From IMG/VR virus record IMGVR_UViG_3300045051_000531: 64,000 nucleotides of DNA; one strand, given 5' to 3'. Position numbers and translations under genes: made by a program. The DNA comes from a virus. The number at the start of each line of letters is the position of its first letter. Position 1 is the first letter of the stretch. Positions 47,482 to 56,503 of this stretch are shown here, piece by piece. The notes below the pieces were generated by a model that worked only from the letters and a program-made list of their open reading frames with translations, was not told where the DNA came from and did no database searches.

Positions 47482-48504
47482 ATGACGGTTCCCGTGATTC
47501 AGTCCGTTCAGTACTCGAACGTCCTGGTCTACATCTTCTTCGACCGCGCCGTCACGGCGACCCTGGGCCAGGAGCTCAATGGGTTCACGTTCAAGGATGG
47601 TGGGGTCCCGTTCGTACCGACCTTCAGCGCGATCGATGACAACCTGATCACGGCCGTGCTGGCGCTCCCGCTGAGCTCGGATCTCGAGGTCAGCTATGTC
47701 TCCGGGTCCGGTACCGTGGTCGAGGCTGTTGCCCCGAATGATCCCGCAGCCAGCTTCACGGATGCCGTCGGGGTCCCGGTCTACACGGTTCCCGTGTTGC
47801 TGCGCGCCACCGCTGGTGAAGGTTCCAACGACTTCATCAAGGTGTACTTCTCCCAGGCCGTGGGGTCGCCATCTGGCGATCTCGTCACCGGGTTCACGGT
47901 CGAAGTCGACAACGTCGTCCTCGATCTGTCCGCTGCCACGGCGACGCTGAACGAAGACCAGACCGTCCTGACGATCGATACCGGAACGAACTTCGTGTAC
48001 AGCGATGTCGTCGATGTCGACTACGACTCCGGTGTCGGTGATCTCCGGATCTGGCCGGTTGGCACCATCGCCGACTTCACGCTCAACGCGGTCGACAACC
48101 TGAGCACGGACGGACTCCCGAACAGTTCGTACCCGCTCTCGTACGTCATCAAGGAGCCCGTGACGCCCTGCAACGGTGTCGTCACGGCGACCCTGGGCGT
48201 CTCCCTGAACCCGATCGACATCGACATCGTGAATCGCTACGGCCCGCTCGTCGTGTTCACAGGCGGCACCTTCGGGGTCACGATCCAGAACCCGGCTGGC
48301 GTCGTCTTCACGGGCGGCATGGTCGGTGTCGTCGATGGGACCCAGCTCCAGGCCTCCTTTGTGTCCACGAACGTCGCCTGGTCGGTGACCGCGGCTCAGG
48401 ACTGGCAGGCCGTGGTCGCCACGAAGATCGGCATCGAACTCGGCAAGCTCCGCTCCATCGATCAGGGTATCGTCCTCGGCGACCGTACCGTCACGGCGGT
48501 GTGA
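47482..48504 (+). CDS. structural protein with repeated Ig-like (SwmB-type) domains
   Basis: repeats GFTFKDGG..LEVSY and GFTVEVDN..VVDVDY. Confidence 0.55.
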   Translation: MTVPVIQSVQYSNVLVYIFFDRAVTATLGQELNGFTFKDGGVPFVPTFSAIDDNLITAVLALPLSSDLEVSYVSGSGTVVEAVAPNDPAASFTDAVGVPVYTVPVLLRATAGEGSNDFIKVYFSQAVGSPSGDLVTGFTVEVDNVVLDLSAATATLNEDQTVLTIDTGTNFVYSDVVDVDYDSGVGDLRIWPVGTIADFTLNAVDNLSTDGLPNSSYPLSYVIKEPVTPCNGVVTATLGVSLNPIDIDIVNRYGPLVVFTGGTFGVTIQNPAGVVFTGGMVGVVDGTQLQASFVSTNVAWSVTAAQDWQAVVATKIGIELGKLRSIDQGIVLGDRTVTAV

Positions 48505-48507
48505 TCC

Positions 48508-51357
48508 ATGGGTGCCCTCGGATCCAGGCTGTACTACAAGCTGGCAGCGGAAGCCGCAGCTAAAGAGTCCACCGTTGTTGGCGCGTTGAACAAGTACCCG
48601 GGCACACCTGAAGAAAAAGTTCAGGGGTTCCTGAGGGACGCGCCGAAGAATCTTAGGTCTGTTCCTGGGGTCATGTTCAAAATCCTGGCTCCGCAAGCGA
48701 TTCAGGACATGTTGGACTGGTCTGCTCAGCAACCGCCAGAGACCCAGGAGAAGCTTATCGGCTTGGTCAACCAGGCTGTCGGGCCCGAGGGTGAACTCGG
48801 CAAGATCATTCAGCAGAAAGATCCCAGCGGGGCGATCTTCAAGCAGGTCCAGCAGTCCGTGGCCGATACCACGGCGCGTGTTCAGGCCGCAATGAAGGCT
48901 GCGACACAGGCTGCCGCAGCTACAGCCAAACCGGTGACGCCGCCGCCGACTAGCCAGCCGGCGTCAACACCTCCAGCCGCGACACCAGCGGCACCTCCAG
49001 CGGGCCAGGCTCCGCCAGCTACCGAGAAGCCCGCTGCGCCACCAGCGCAGAAGGCTCCGGAGAAGCCGGCGACGACGCCAGCGCCTCCGCAGGAGAAGGG
49101 GTTCGGCGAGAAGATCATGGAGTGGTTCTCCAGCGAGGACGGCCAGAAGCTGCTCAGCTTCATTGGCCCCATGATCGGGAAGCCTGATCTCGCCCAGATG
49201 TTCGGCGGTGCCGCGGCATCGAAGAAGGCGCCACAGCGGGTAGCGCCGCCGAAGCCCATCGACTTGGGTAAAGGTGACGCCGCAACGCCTGAGGCGATCA
49301 ACAAGGCACAAGCTGCGGCGGTACCGCCAGACAGCGTCGCTGGTCTGCAGCCCATTCAGCCTGGCGTCAACGCCTACGACAGCGGTGGCAACCAGTACCA
49401 TGTCTCCGATGACAACCGGGTCTGGCGTCGCTACACGGATCCCACCACGGGGAAGGTCGGCTGGCAACACCTCCCGAATCTCAGTGGTTCCAAGACCCCG
49501 TCCGAAGCCGAGGGTGGCTGGGCGGGTCGGCAGAAGCAGTGGGAAGAGTACGAGATCGGGCAGGTCTACGCCAACAAGCGGTACAACCAGATCTACGAGG
49601 CCAAGGGTGCCGACGCCGCTGAGAAGTGGGCTCAGAACGAGATCGTGCGCGCCAAGCAGCGCGCCGCGAATCGTGTCAACGAGGAGCGCAACCTCGGCAA
49701 GGATGCCAAGGCGATCGGTCTGACACAGTTCAAGCCCGGCGATAAGCCGATGTACATCGGCAAGACCAATGACCCGAACTCGCCGGGAGTCGCGCTTCAG
49801 GAGGCCGACGGTAAGGGTGGCGTGAAGCGGTACGAGGGCGGCGTCTGGACCGCTGGCGACCAGGCATCGGCTGGTCGTACGAAGGAACAGCTCGCGTTGC
49901 AGGAGGCCCAGGCCGTCGAGCGCGACCGTCGCGCCAATCGAGCCCAGGATCCCGCGTACGTCGCCAAGCAGGTCAGGGCCTACCGTATGGCTGGTACGGA
50001 GCCGCCCGCTTGGGTTCTGAACGCGCTGCAGAATCCGGAGTTCGCAGCTCAGGTTGAAGCGCACACCGCTGTGGACGCCATGGCTGCGGACCCCAAGAAC
50101 CAGGGCAAGCCGTTCAATCGTGCCCAGCAGTACGAGATTGCGCTGCAGGAGCAGCGTAAGGCTCGTCAGCTCCAAGGGCCGCCGCCGGTGTTCCGGAAGC
50201 CTGGCGACCCCGTGAAACCAGGGCTCGCGAAGAAGCCGGCACCGCCTGAGGTTCCGGATCCCAACGCGGAGCGCGACGCTGCCAAGGATAGCGGCGACGT
50301 TCCGGACTACGTCAGCGTGGCTGATGCTGCTACGGTTCCAGGTGGCACTGCAGCCGCTAACGAAGGAACGCCAGCCGCCGAGCTCCCGAAGCCGAAGGCT
50401 CCCCAGGCACAGACTCCTGCTCAGCCGCCCGCTGCAAAGACAGACTCAGCGGCAACCGCTGCGAAGCCATCAGAGCCCAAGCCGGTCGACAACCGAGAGG
50501 CCGTCATAAACGGTGCCCTGGATCCGAATCGGAAGGCAGATCCTAACTTCCGGCCTAAGGACGGTCCTTCGGCACCGCCGGCCCCAGGGGATAAGCCAGC
50601 CACGGTAGCCAAGAAGCCGGTGGATCCGGATGCTCCGAAGTTGGCCTCAGCTCGTCTTGGTGCCCTGTTGCTCAAGGCCGCCTCGATGCCGGAACCAGCC
50701 CTGCTTCGTACCAAGCTGGTCGCAGCTAAGACGCGGGCCGCTGAACTGCTGGGAACCAAGTCGGCCGCCGAGGCCATCGGGACTCCGTCAACGGCGGGTT
50801 CAGCTCCGATCGGGACTCCATCGACGAGCTCAGCTCCCACCAAGACGCCGGCGAGCAAGCCGGTCGTCAAGCAGCCCGTACGTGGCTCCGTGAAGCAGAC
50901 CGGGCCAGCACCACGCATGAAGGGAACCCAGAAGGCTCAGGACTTCTCGGCTCGACAGGTCACCGGGTCCGTGGCTGGGCGTCCCATGACGCGTAGTCGT
51001 CCGCAGGGACTCGCGAACCCGACATCGGGTGTCAACGCGGCTCGCGTCGACACCAGAAACGTGAACACGCGCGAGGCCGCTCCCATGGTGATCGGCGGCG
51101 GGCGCCTCGGAGCCATGGCGACCCGCACCAAGGTCGACACCAGGGCTGCTTCGGAGTTGTCCGCGCAGCGCAGTGATGACAGCGGGATGCGCCGCGAAGT
51201 TCACAGCAGCGCCCCGGTCCGGAACTGGGGAACCCCCGGTCTCGGTAGCCTGGCGAGTGGGCGCAGCTACGATGTCGACAGGACCCCTGGTGCCAGGGGT
51301 CGTCACATGCAGCACTACAAGTCTGGTCCCATCAATTCCGCCGTGGTCAGAACCTAA
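48508..51357 (+). CDS. large low-complexity putative virion protein (949 aa)
   Basis: YYKLAAE leader, KLAS, KAAS, KSAA; no Cys seen. Confidence 0.6.
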   Translation: MGALGSRLYYKLAAEAAAKESTVVGALNKYPGTPEEKVQGFLRDAPKNLRSVPGVMFKILAPQAIQDMLDWSAQQPPETQEKLIGLVNQAVGPEGELGKIIQQKDPSGAIFKQVQQSVADTTARVQAAMKAATQAAAATAKPVTPPPTSQPASTPPAATPAAPPAGQAPPATEKPAAPPAQKAPEKPATTPAPPQEKGFGEKIMEWFSSEDGQKLLSFIGPMIGKPDLAQMFGGAAASKKAPQRVAPPKPIDLGKGDAATPEAINKAQAAAVPPDSVAGLQPIQPGVNAYDSGGNQYHVSDDNRVWRRYTDPTTGKVGWQHLPNLSGSKTPSEAEGGWAGRQKQWEEYEIGQVYANKRYNQIYEAKGADAAEKWAQNEIVRAKQRAANRVNEERNLGKDAKAIGLTQFKPGDKPMYIGKTNDPNSPGVALQEADGKGGVKRYEGGVWTAGDQASAGRTKEQLALQEAQAVERDRRANRAQDPAYVAKQVRAYRMAGTEPPAWVLNALQNPEFAAQVEAHTAVDAMAADPKNQGKPFNRAQQYEIALQEQRKARQLQGPPPVFRKPGDPVKPGLAKKPAPPEVPDPNAERDAAKDSGDVPDYVSVADAATVPGGTAAANEGTPAAELPKPKAPQAQTPAQPPAAKTDSAATAAKPSEPKPVDNREAVINGALDPNRKADPNFRPKDGPSAPPAPGDKPATVAKKPVDPDAPKLASARLGALLLKAASMPEPALLRTKLVAAKTRAAELLGTKSAAEAIGTPSTAGSAPIGTPSTSSAPTKTPASKPVVKQPVRGSVKQTGPAPRMKGTQKAQDFSARQVTGSVAGRPMTRSRPQGLANPTSGVNAARVDTRNVNTREAAPMVIGGGRLGAMATRTKVDTRAASELSAQRSDDSGMRREVHSSAPVRNWGTPGLGSLASGRSYDVDRTPGARGRHMQHYKSGPINSAVVRT

Positions 51358-51366
51358 GGAGTCCAG

Positions 51367-52242
51367 ATGATCGCTCCTATCGAAGTGGCTCCGGCCTCGG
51401 CTCCTGGTCAGGTCAAGGTGATCCGCGTCAGCCAGCGGGCCCGGAAGCAGGTCGTCTTCAAGCTGACCGACGACAGCGGGAAAGCTGTAGATCTCTCGCA
51501 GGAAGTCGAGAATCCGCCGGCACCACCACCGAACTTCTCACCGCAGCCTGCCGCCACGGGCATCAACGTCCGGGTCCGCATGGGAACCGTGAATGGTGGC
51601 GAGCTCGGTGGCGTCATCGGCCCGATCAACGGGACCGTCCTGAACCAGGAACAGTTCCGCGGCTTCGTCGAGTTCATCTTGGAGAACAAGGTCACGAACT
51701 GCGCCGGCGTCTACGACATGGCCGTTGAGCGCCTCACTGTCGGCGGCCAGGTCGTCGATCGGTGGCCGGTTCTCATGATCGTGGAGCCACCGGCGATGCA
51801 GCTCATCGCTGGCACCGGCCCCCTGCTGATCCCCGAGATCCGGCTGGCACTGCTGGATCTCGACAACGGCACCGACGGAGCCCCGTTCAGCAATCTGCTC
51901 GATGACGTCGAGTTCAGCGACATCGAGCTCGTCTTCGCGATGCGGCGTGTCGTCCAGAAGTGGAACGAGACCCCGCCTCCGGTGGCGCTGTTCTCCCCGA
52001 TGAACTTCCCGTATCGGTACCGCTGGCTCCAGGCCACCGTCGGTGAGCTTCTCCTCATGGGAGCAGCCAGGTACCGCAGGAACCGTCTCGCTTATCAGGC
52101 CGGCGGCATCGCCATCGACGACCAGTCCAAGGCCACGGAGTACGAGGAAGTCGGTCGACTCAACCTCAAGGAGTTCGATGAGTGGATGCGGACTGAGAAG
52201 TACCGCATGAACATGGAGCGGGCCTGGGCCACGGGGATCTAA
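51367..52242 (+). CDS. head-tail adaptor/neck protein (probable)
   Basis: helical C-terminal domain NLLDDVEFSD..RNRLAYQAGGIAIDD; first gene of neck-tail block. Confidence 0.5.
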   Translation: MIAPIEVAPASAPGQVKVIRVSQRARKQVVFKLTDDSGKAVDLSQEVENPPAPPPNFSPQPAATGINVRVRMGTVNGGELGGVIGPINGTVLNQEQFRGFVEFILENKVTNCAGVYDMAVERLTVGGQVVDRWPVLMIVEPPAMQLIAGTGPLLIPEIRLALLDLDNGTDGAPFSNLLDDVEFSDIELVFAMRRVVQKWNETPPPVALFSPMNFPYRYRWLQATVGELLLMGAARYRRNRLAYQAGGIAIDDQSKATEYEEVGRLNLKEFDEWMRTEKYRMNMERAWATGI

Positions 52243-53058
52243 ATGGCGGAGATCCGCGTCTTCAAGCGACTCGCCATCGACGTCTTCTTCAACCCCATCG
52301 TGACGGGCTCCGTGCTCGTCGAGTGGGCCCTGGAGAAGGACTTCGTCGCTGGTGCCGAGGGTCCCTTCACGTTCATCCTGGAACGTGGCTATGCGGCCAA
52401 TGACGACAACTTCGTTCCGGTTGCCCAGACCACAGATCAGCCCTGGGCCTACGACAACGACCCCCAGCTGCCTGACAAAGGCACCGATGTCTTCTACCGC
52501 GTCAAGCTGATCGACGGAGCTGGTCAGGAGTACCTCTCCCAGGCCACCGCGGTGGGGACCTACTGGAACCGCTACGACTACACCCTGGCTCGGGAGATCA
52601 TTCGGAAGGAGCACCTCCTGCAGCGCAAGCGTGCCGGGGTCCGTGGCTGGCTCCTGAAGCGGCGTGTCTACGGGGAGAGCTGCCCGGTCTGTGTGGATCC
52701 CGATACCGGCCAGATCAACAACCCGCAGTGCCCGGTCTGCTTCGGGACCGGCATCACCGGGGGCTACTACGACGCCTTCGAGTACTGGGTCATCATGAAC
52801 CCATCGCAGCGCCTGGGTAAGGTGGACGCCGAGCAGGGCCTCATCACGGCGACCATGGAGACCGTGCGGGCCATGGCTTATCCGCGTCCCGACATGAACG
52901 ATGTCTGGGTCCACGCGCACACCGATCAGCGGTTCCTGGTCCAGGGCGACGTCACCGCGCTGGCCCGGCACCGCGGCATCGACCTGATCCTGAACCTGCG
53001 TCTCGATGAGCGCGACCGTACCGAGGTCATCTACAAGGTCCCAGTTCCGTGCCAGTAG
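52243..53058 (+). CDS. neck/head-closure protein with Zn-finger
   Basis: CPVC..CPVCFGTGITGGY; position. Confidence 0.5.
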   Translation: MAEIRVFKRLAIDVFFNPIVTGSVLVEWALEKDFVAGAEGPFTFILERGYAANDDNFVPVAQTTDQPWAYDNDPQLPDKGTDVFYRVKLIDGAGQEYLSQATAVGTYWNRYDYTLAREIIRKEHLLQRKRAGVRGWLLKRRVYGESCPVCVDPDTGQINNPQCPVCFGTGITGGYYDAFEYWVIMNPSQRLGKVDAEQGLITATMETVRAMAYPRPDMNDVWVHAHTDQRFLVQGDVTALARHRGIDLILNLRLDERDRTEVIYKVPVPCQ

Positions 53059-53219
53059 CCTACCGGACCCGCAAGAAGGCCCCACCAGCTGGGGACGCTG
53101 GCGAGACTCCGGAGACTCGCCAGAATATGGCGAAGAGCTCGGCGGGCTCCGTTGTTCCTAAGTTGGGTTCCCAGCTCGGGATCAAACGGATCCGGTTGAT
53201 CTCGCGTCTGAGGACCTAA
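53049..53219 (+). CDS. possible small basic protein (56 aa)
   Basis: open frame GTG 53049 (or ATG 53127) to TAA overlapping next ATG (TAATG). Confidence 0.35.
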   Translation: MPVAYRTRKKAPPAGDAGETPETRQNMAKSSAGSVVPKLGSQLGIKRIRLISRLRT

Positions 53220-54064
53220 TGCCGAAGCGGAATGACGGTAACGAACAGGATCTCAGGGTCCGCCCGACCCTCGACGCGAAACCGTTGGAGGCCGATAACC
53301 CGTTCACGGGGGCCAAGCCGCCGGACAAGGGGCCCTGCGATGAGCACGGCACCCAGATCGATCTCCCAGCTCAGCCGCCCTGTGGAACTGGTGGTGGAGT
53401 CGTTACGACCCCATCGGGGGTCACTCCCGTTGGCTTCGACTGGACCGACCCGTCCGACGTGTGCCCCCGCGGCTTCGACAACCAGACCGTCGACAAGCTC
53501 TTCATGCGGATCCTGAAGAACCACTTCAGCAGGACGGACTGCCGGTTCTACGAGGTCACCAAGCAGTTCGTGTACAGCGATGACCCCAAGGTCTCCACGA
53601 TCCGCATCGCCATGAACACCACATTCGACATGGCGTCCGCTGGTCAGATGCCGGCGATCGTGGTTCGGCGTGGTCGCCAGGAGTTCAAGCGGGTCGCCAT
53701 GGGTGACCGCAACGAGAGCATCCCCCAGGATGGCGCCAGCCGCGGCTACAGCCGGTTCCAGACCGGGAGCCATCGGCTCATCTGTGTTTCCTCTGCCAAT
53801 GGATTCGTGGAGCAGTTCGCGTACGAGGTCTTCGACCTGATGAACGCGGTGAGCCCGGTTGTCCGAACCGATCTCCCCATGCACGACTTCCAGGCTGCCG
53901 GGATCTCCGAAGTCGGCATCCTGGACGAGAACGGCAGCGCTTACGGCGTCAGCATCGATGTCGCCTACACCTTCGAGTACTCGTGGACAACACAGTACAT
54001 CGCTCCAACATTGGCCGGCGGCCGTGTCGCTTTGGCCGCCTCCCTGCTTGAGGTCAACCCATGA
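53219..54064 (+). CDS. tail terminator/completion protein (probable)
   Basis: PAIVVRRG motif; position just before sheath. Confidence 0.5.
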   Translation: MPKRNDGNEQDLRVRPTLDAKPLEADNPFTGAKPPDKGPCDEHGTQIDLPAQPPCGTGGGVVTTPSGVTPVGFDWTDPSDVCPRGFDNQTVDKLFMRILKNHFSRTDCRFYEVTKQFVYSDDPKVSTIRIAMNTTFDMASAGQMPAIVVRRGRQEFKRVAMGDRNESIPQDGASRGYSRFQTGSHRLICVSSANGFVEQFAYEVFDLMNAVSPVVRTDLPMHDFQAAGISEVGILDENGSAYGVSIDVAYTFEYSWTTQYIAPTLAGGRVALAASLLEVNP

Positions 54065-56031
54065 CGACTTCGACGGTCCCACGTACTTCACTGCTGCAGA
54101 ACTTCCTGTCGCTGCCTGGGGTCATCACGGACAACCTCAGGACGATCATTGTCGGCCCCGATTACGCGGTCAGGCATGACGGCTTCGTTGGGAACTACGA
54201 TCAGACCCTGGGTACCAACGCTGCGTGGCCTGGGCTTCTGACCGGCGAGACCGTGGATCTCGCGACTCCCGCCGTGTTCATCCGCAATGCGCTGGTCCGG
54301 TACTTCACCGATGGCACCGGGGTTCCCACGGGGGCCAATGGCGTCCAGAGCGGGACCACGGTCAACGCGATCCGGCACAACGCTGGTGCCACGATCTGGA
54401 CGGGCATCAACCGGACCCCAGCCCTGAATGTGGACGTCAAGATCGGCGACTACGTCTACCTGGCGAACTCCGGAGCCACGGTGGTCCTCAGGACCAAGGT
54501 GAAGAACTTCGGGTATCTGACCAATGAACCCAGGATCCTGATCCTGGAGGACAACCTTCCAGCCGGGCTTCAGGGTGGCGTCTTTTTCAACGTCACCATC
54601 GCCGAGATCGTTCCCGAGATCGAGCTGCCCACCGCTGACGTCACCGTGACGTCGACCAACGTGCAGGCCGATCCGGCGATCACCTGGGCGACGACGCGTA
54701 CGGGTTCCGCGTACCCAGTCATCGCAGGCTCCAACTTCTCGGGGTCCACGGCGTACTCCAAGGTCTACACGAACTATCGAGCCCTGCGTGTCGCGAATAC
54801 GACTGCGGTGATCGAGGTCACCTCGGAAACTGAGTTGAATGCTTTGTTCGTGGGCTGGCAGTACCCGGAGTCCGAACTCGGATTCGCGATGGCGCGGGCC
54901 CTGGCTCCACAGCTCACCCCGCCGGTCGTGCGTCCCGTTGTCCTGGGGGCCGCGCTTCCCGGGCTCCTGATCACGGACTGGGAGAACACCTTCAGCAAGC
55001 TGCGTCGTCGCCGGGACTGGTACGAGATCGCCCCGTTGAGCACGGACTCCGCAGTTCTCGCCGCGACGCAGGATCTCCTGGAGTCACGTACAGCGTCGGA
55101 TTACGTCAGCCACGCCACCGTCAGCTTGGTCAGGACCACGGAGGCCGAGCTGTTCTCTGGTTCCCTGGCGGTGACGCTGAGTGGCGGCGACCTCGTCGTG
55201 ACGGTGTCGTCAGGGCAACCGTTCCTGGCTGCGGTGCCTGGCGACGTCATCACGCTGAACAATGGCGACTTCATCGTGGCCAACACGAACAGCTCACAGG
55301 AAGTCGTTGTCACGACTCCGGCTACAGGTGCCACCACGCTGACCGCGGTGACCCACCCGTTCTCGATCCCTGAGCAAGCCGCGGACTACGGGGCCCGGGC
55401 TTCGGCGTTCAACACCAGGACGATGTCGGTGTCGTTCCCGGATCAGCCGACGTGGAATGGTGTCGTGGTTCCCGGGTACCTGCTGTCGGCTGCCATCGCT
55501 GGCCTCCGTGGCTACACGGCACCTCAGCAGGGTCTCCGCGGGGTCCTCCTGGAGACCGGGTGGGCGGTTCCGCAGTGCGCCTACGAGTTCCTGGGCGAAC
55601 TCGAGATCCTCTCCAACATGGGCGTCTTCGTGGTCGAAGCCGTCGAGGAAGCCCCGACGGCAGCGTTCGTGGGGTACACGAACACCACGGATCAAAGCGA
55701 AGCCATCGATGCCTACGAGGCCATGGTCGCCAACGTGGACGCCGTGAGGCGGTACTTCAAGGACGTCCTGTGCGCCTTCGAGGGCCGCAACAAGATCACC
55801 GCGCTGACACTGAGCCAGATCACGACGGCTGCTTCAACGGCGCTGGAGTACCTCCGCACGAACTCCGTGATCTCGCCGTTCGGGGCCATCATCGTCGAGG
55901 GCTCCGTGGCCCCGGCTTACCAGGACCCCAACAACGCGGTTCGCGTCGTGGTCCCGATCGCGGTGTCCATCGCCGCGGAGCTCCAGCGTGTCGACGCCGA
56001 CATCACCGTCACGATCTCAGTGGCAGGATAA
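54061..56031 (+). CDS. contractile tail sheath protein
   Basis: 656 aa, sheath-like C-terminal domain (YLLSAAIAGL..NMGVFVV..TNTTD..VDAVRRYF), followed by tube-sized gene. Confidence 0.7.
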   Translation: MTTSTVPRTSLLQNFLSLPGVITDNLRTIIVGPDYAVRHDGFVGNYDQTLGTNAAWPGLLTGETVDLATPAVFIRNALVRYFTDGTGVPTGANGVQSGTTVNAIRHNAGATIWTGINRTPALNVDVKIGDYVYLANSGATVVLRTKVKNFGYLTNEPRILILEDNLPAGLQGGVFFNVTIAEIVPEIELPTADVTVTSTNVQADPAITWATTRTGSAYPVIAGSNFSGSTAYSKVYTNYRALRVANTTAVIEVTSETELNALFVGWQYPESELGFAMARALAPQLTPPVVRPVVLGAALPGLLITDWENTFSKLRRRRDWYEIAPLSTDSAVLAATQDLLESRTASDYVSHATVSLVRTTEAELFSGSLAVTLSGGDLVVTVSSGQPFLAAVPGDVITLNNGDFIVANTNSSQEVVVTTPATGATTLTAVTHPFSIPEQAADYGARASAFNTRTMSVSFPDQPTWNGVVVPGYLLSAAIAGLRGYTAPQQGLRGVLLETGWAVPQCAYEFLGELEILSNMGVFVVEAVEEAPTAAFVGYTNTTDQSEAIDAYEAMVANVDAVRRYFKDVLCAFEGRNKITALTLSQITTAASTALEYLRTNSVISPFGAIIVEGSVAPAYQDPNNAVRVVVPIAVSIAAELQRVDADITVTISVAG

Positions 56032-56040
56032 GGATACCAC

Positions 56041-56490
56041 ATGGCTACTGCGAACACCTGTGTGCCCCGGACGCTCGAAGGTGTCATCAGGGGAACCAAC
56101 TTCACGATCTCCGGTATGGACGGCACCGCGCAGGCCGGTCTGGTGCAACAGTTCAACCTGGAGTTCAAGCGCAACCTGAGCCGGGTCTACGATCTCGCCT
56201 CGCCGAGCTTCTACTACATCGAGGGTCCCGCTGAGGGCACCGTGTCCTTCACCAAGGTGGTTGGCCCCAAGGGTGCCCCTAAGCTGGACTGCAGCTGTGA
56301 GGCTCGCGACATCATCTTGGATACCGGGCCCATGTTGTGCCAGACCCAGGGTGGCGGACCTCTCGGCGCCGGCGGCACCTTCCAGTACATCCTGAAGAAC
56401 GCGATGCCCTTCGGCCTGAACGGGCAGGGGAGCGCGGACAACTTCCTGATCATCTTCGGGGTCAGCTACCTCTTCAACGATATCCAGTAA
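56041..56490 (+). CDS. tail tube protein
   Basis: 149 aa after sheath; LVQQFNLEFKRNLSRVYDL..YYIEG tube-like pattern. Confidence 0.65.
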   Translation: MATANTCVPRTLEGVIRGTNFTISGMDGTAQAGLVQQFNLEFKRNLSRVYDLASPSFYYIEGPAEGTVSFTKVVGPKGAPKLDCSCEARDIILDTGPMLCQTQGGGPLGAGGTFQYILKNAMPFGLNGQGSADNFLIIFGVSYLFNDIQ

Positions 56491-56503
56491 CCCAGGGGAC
56501 CCG

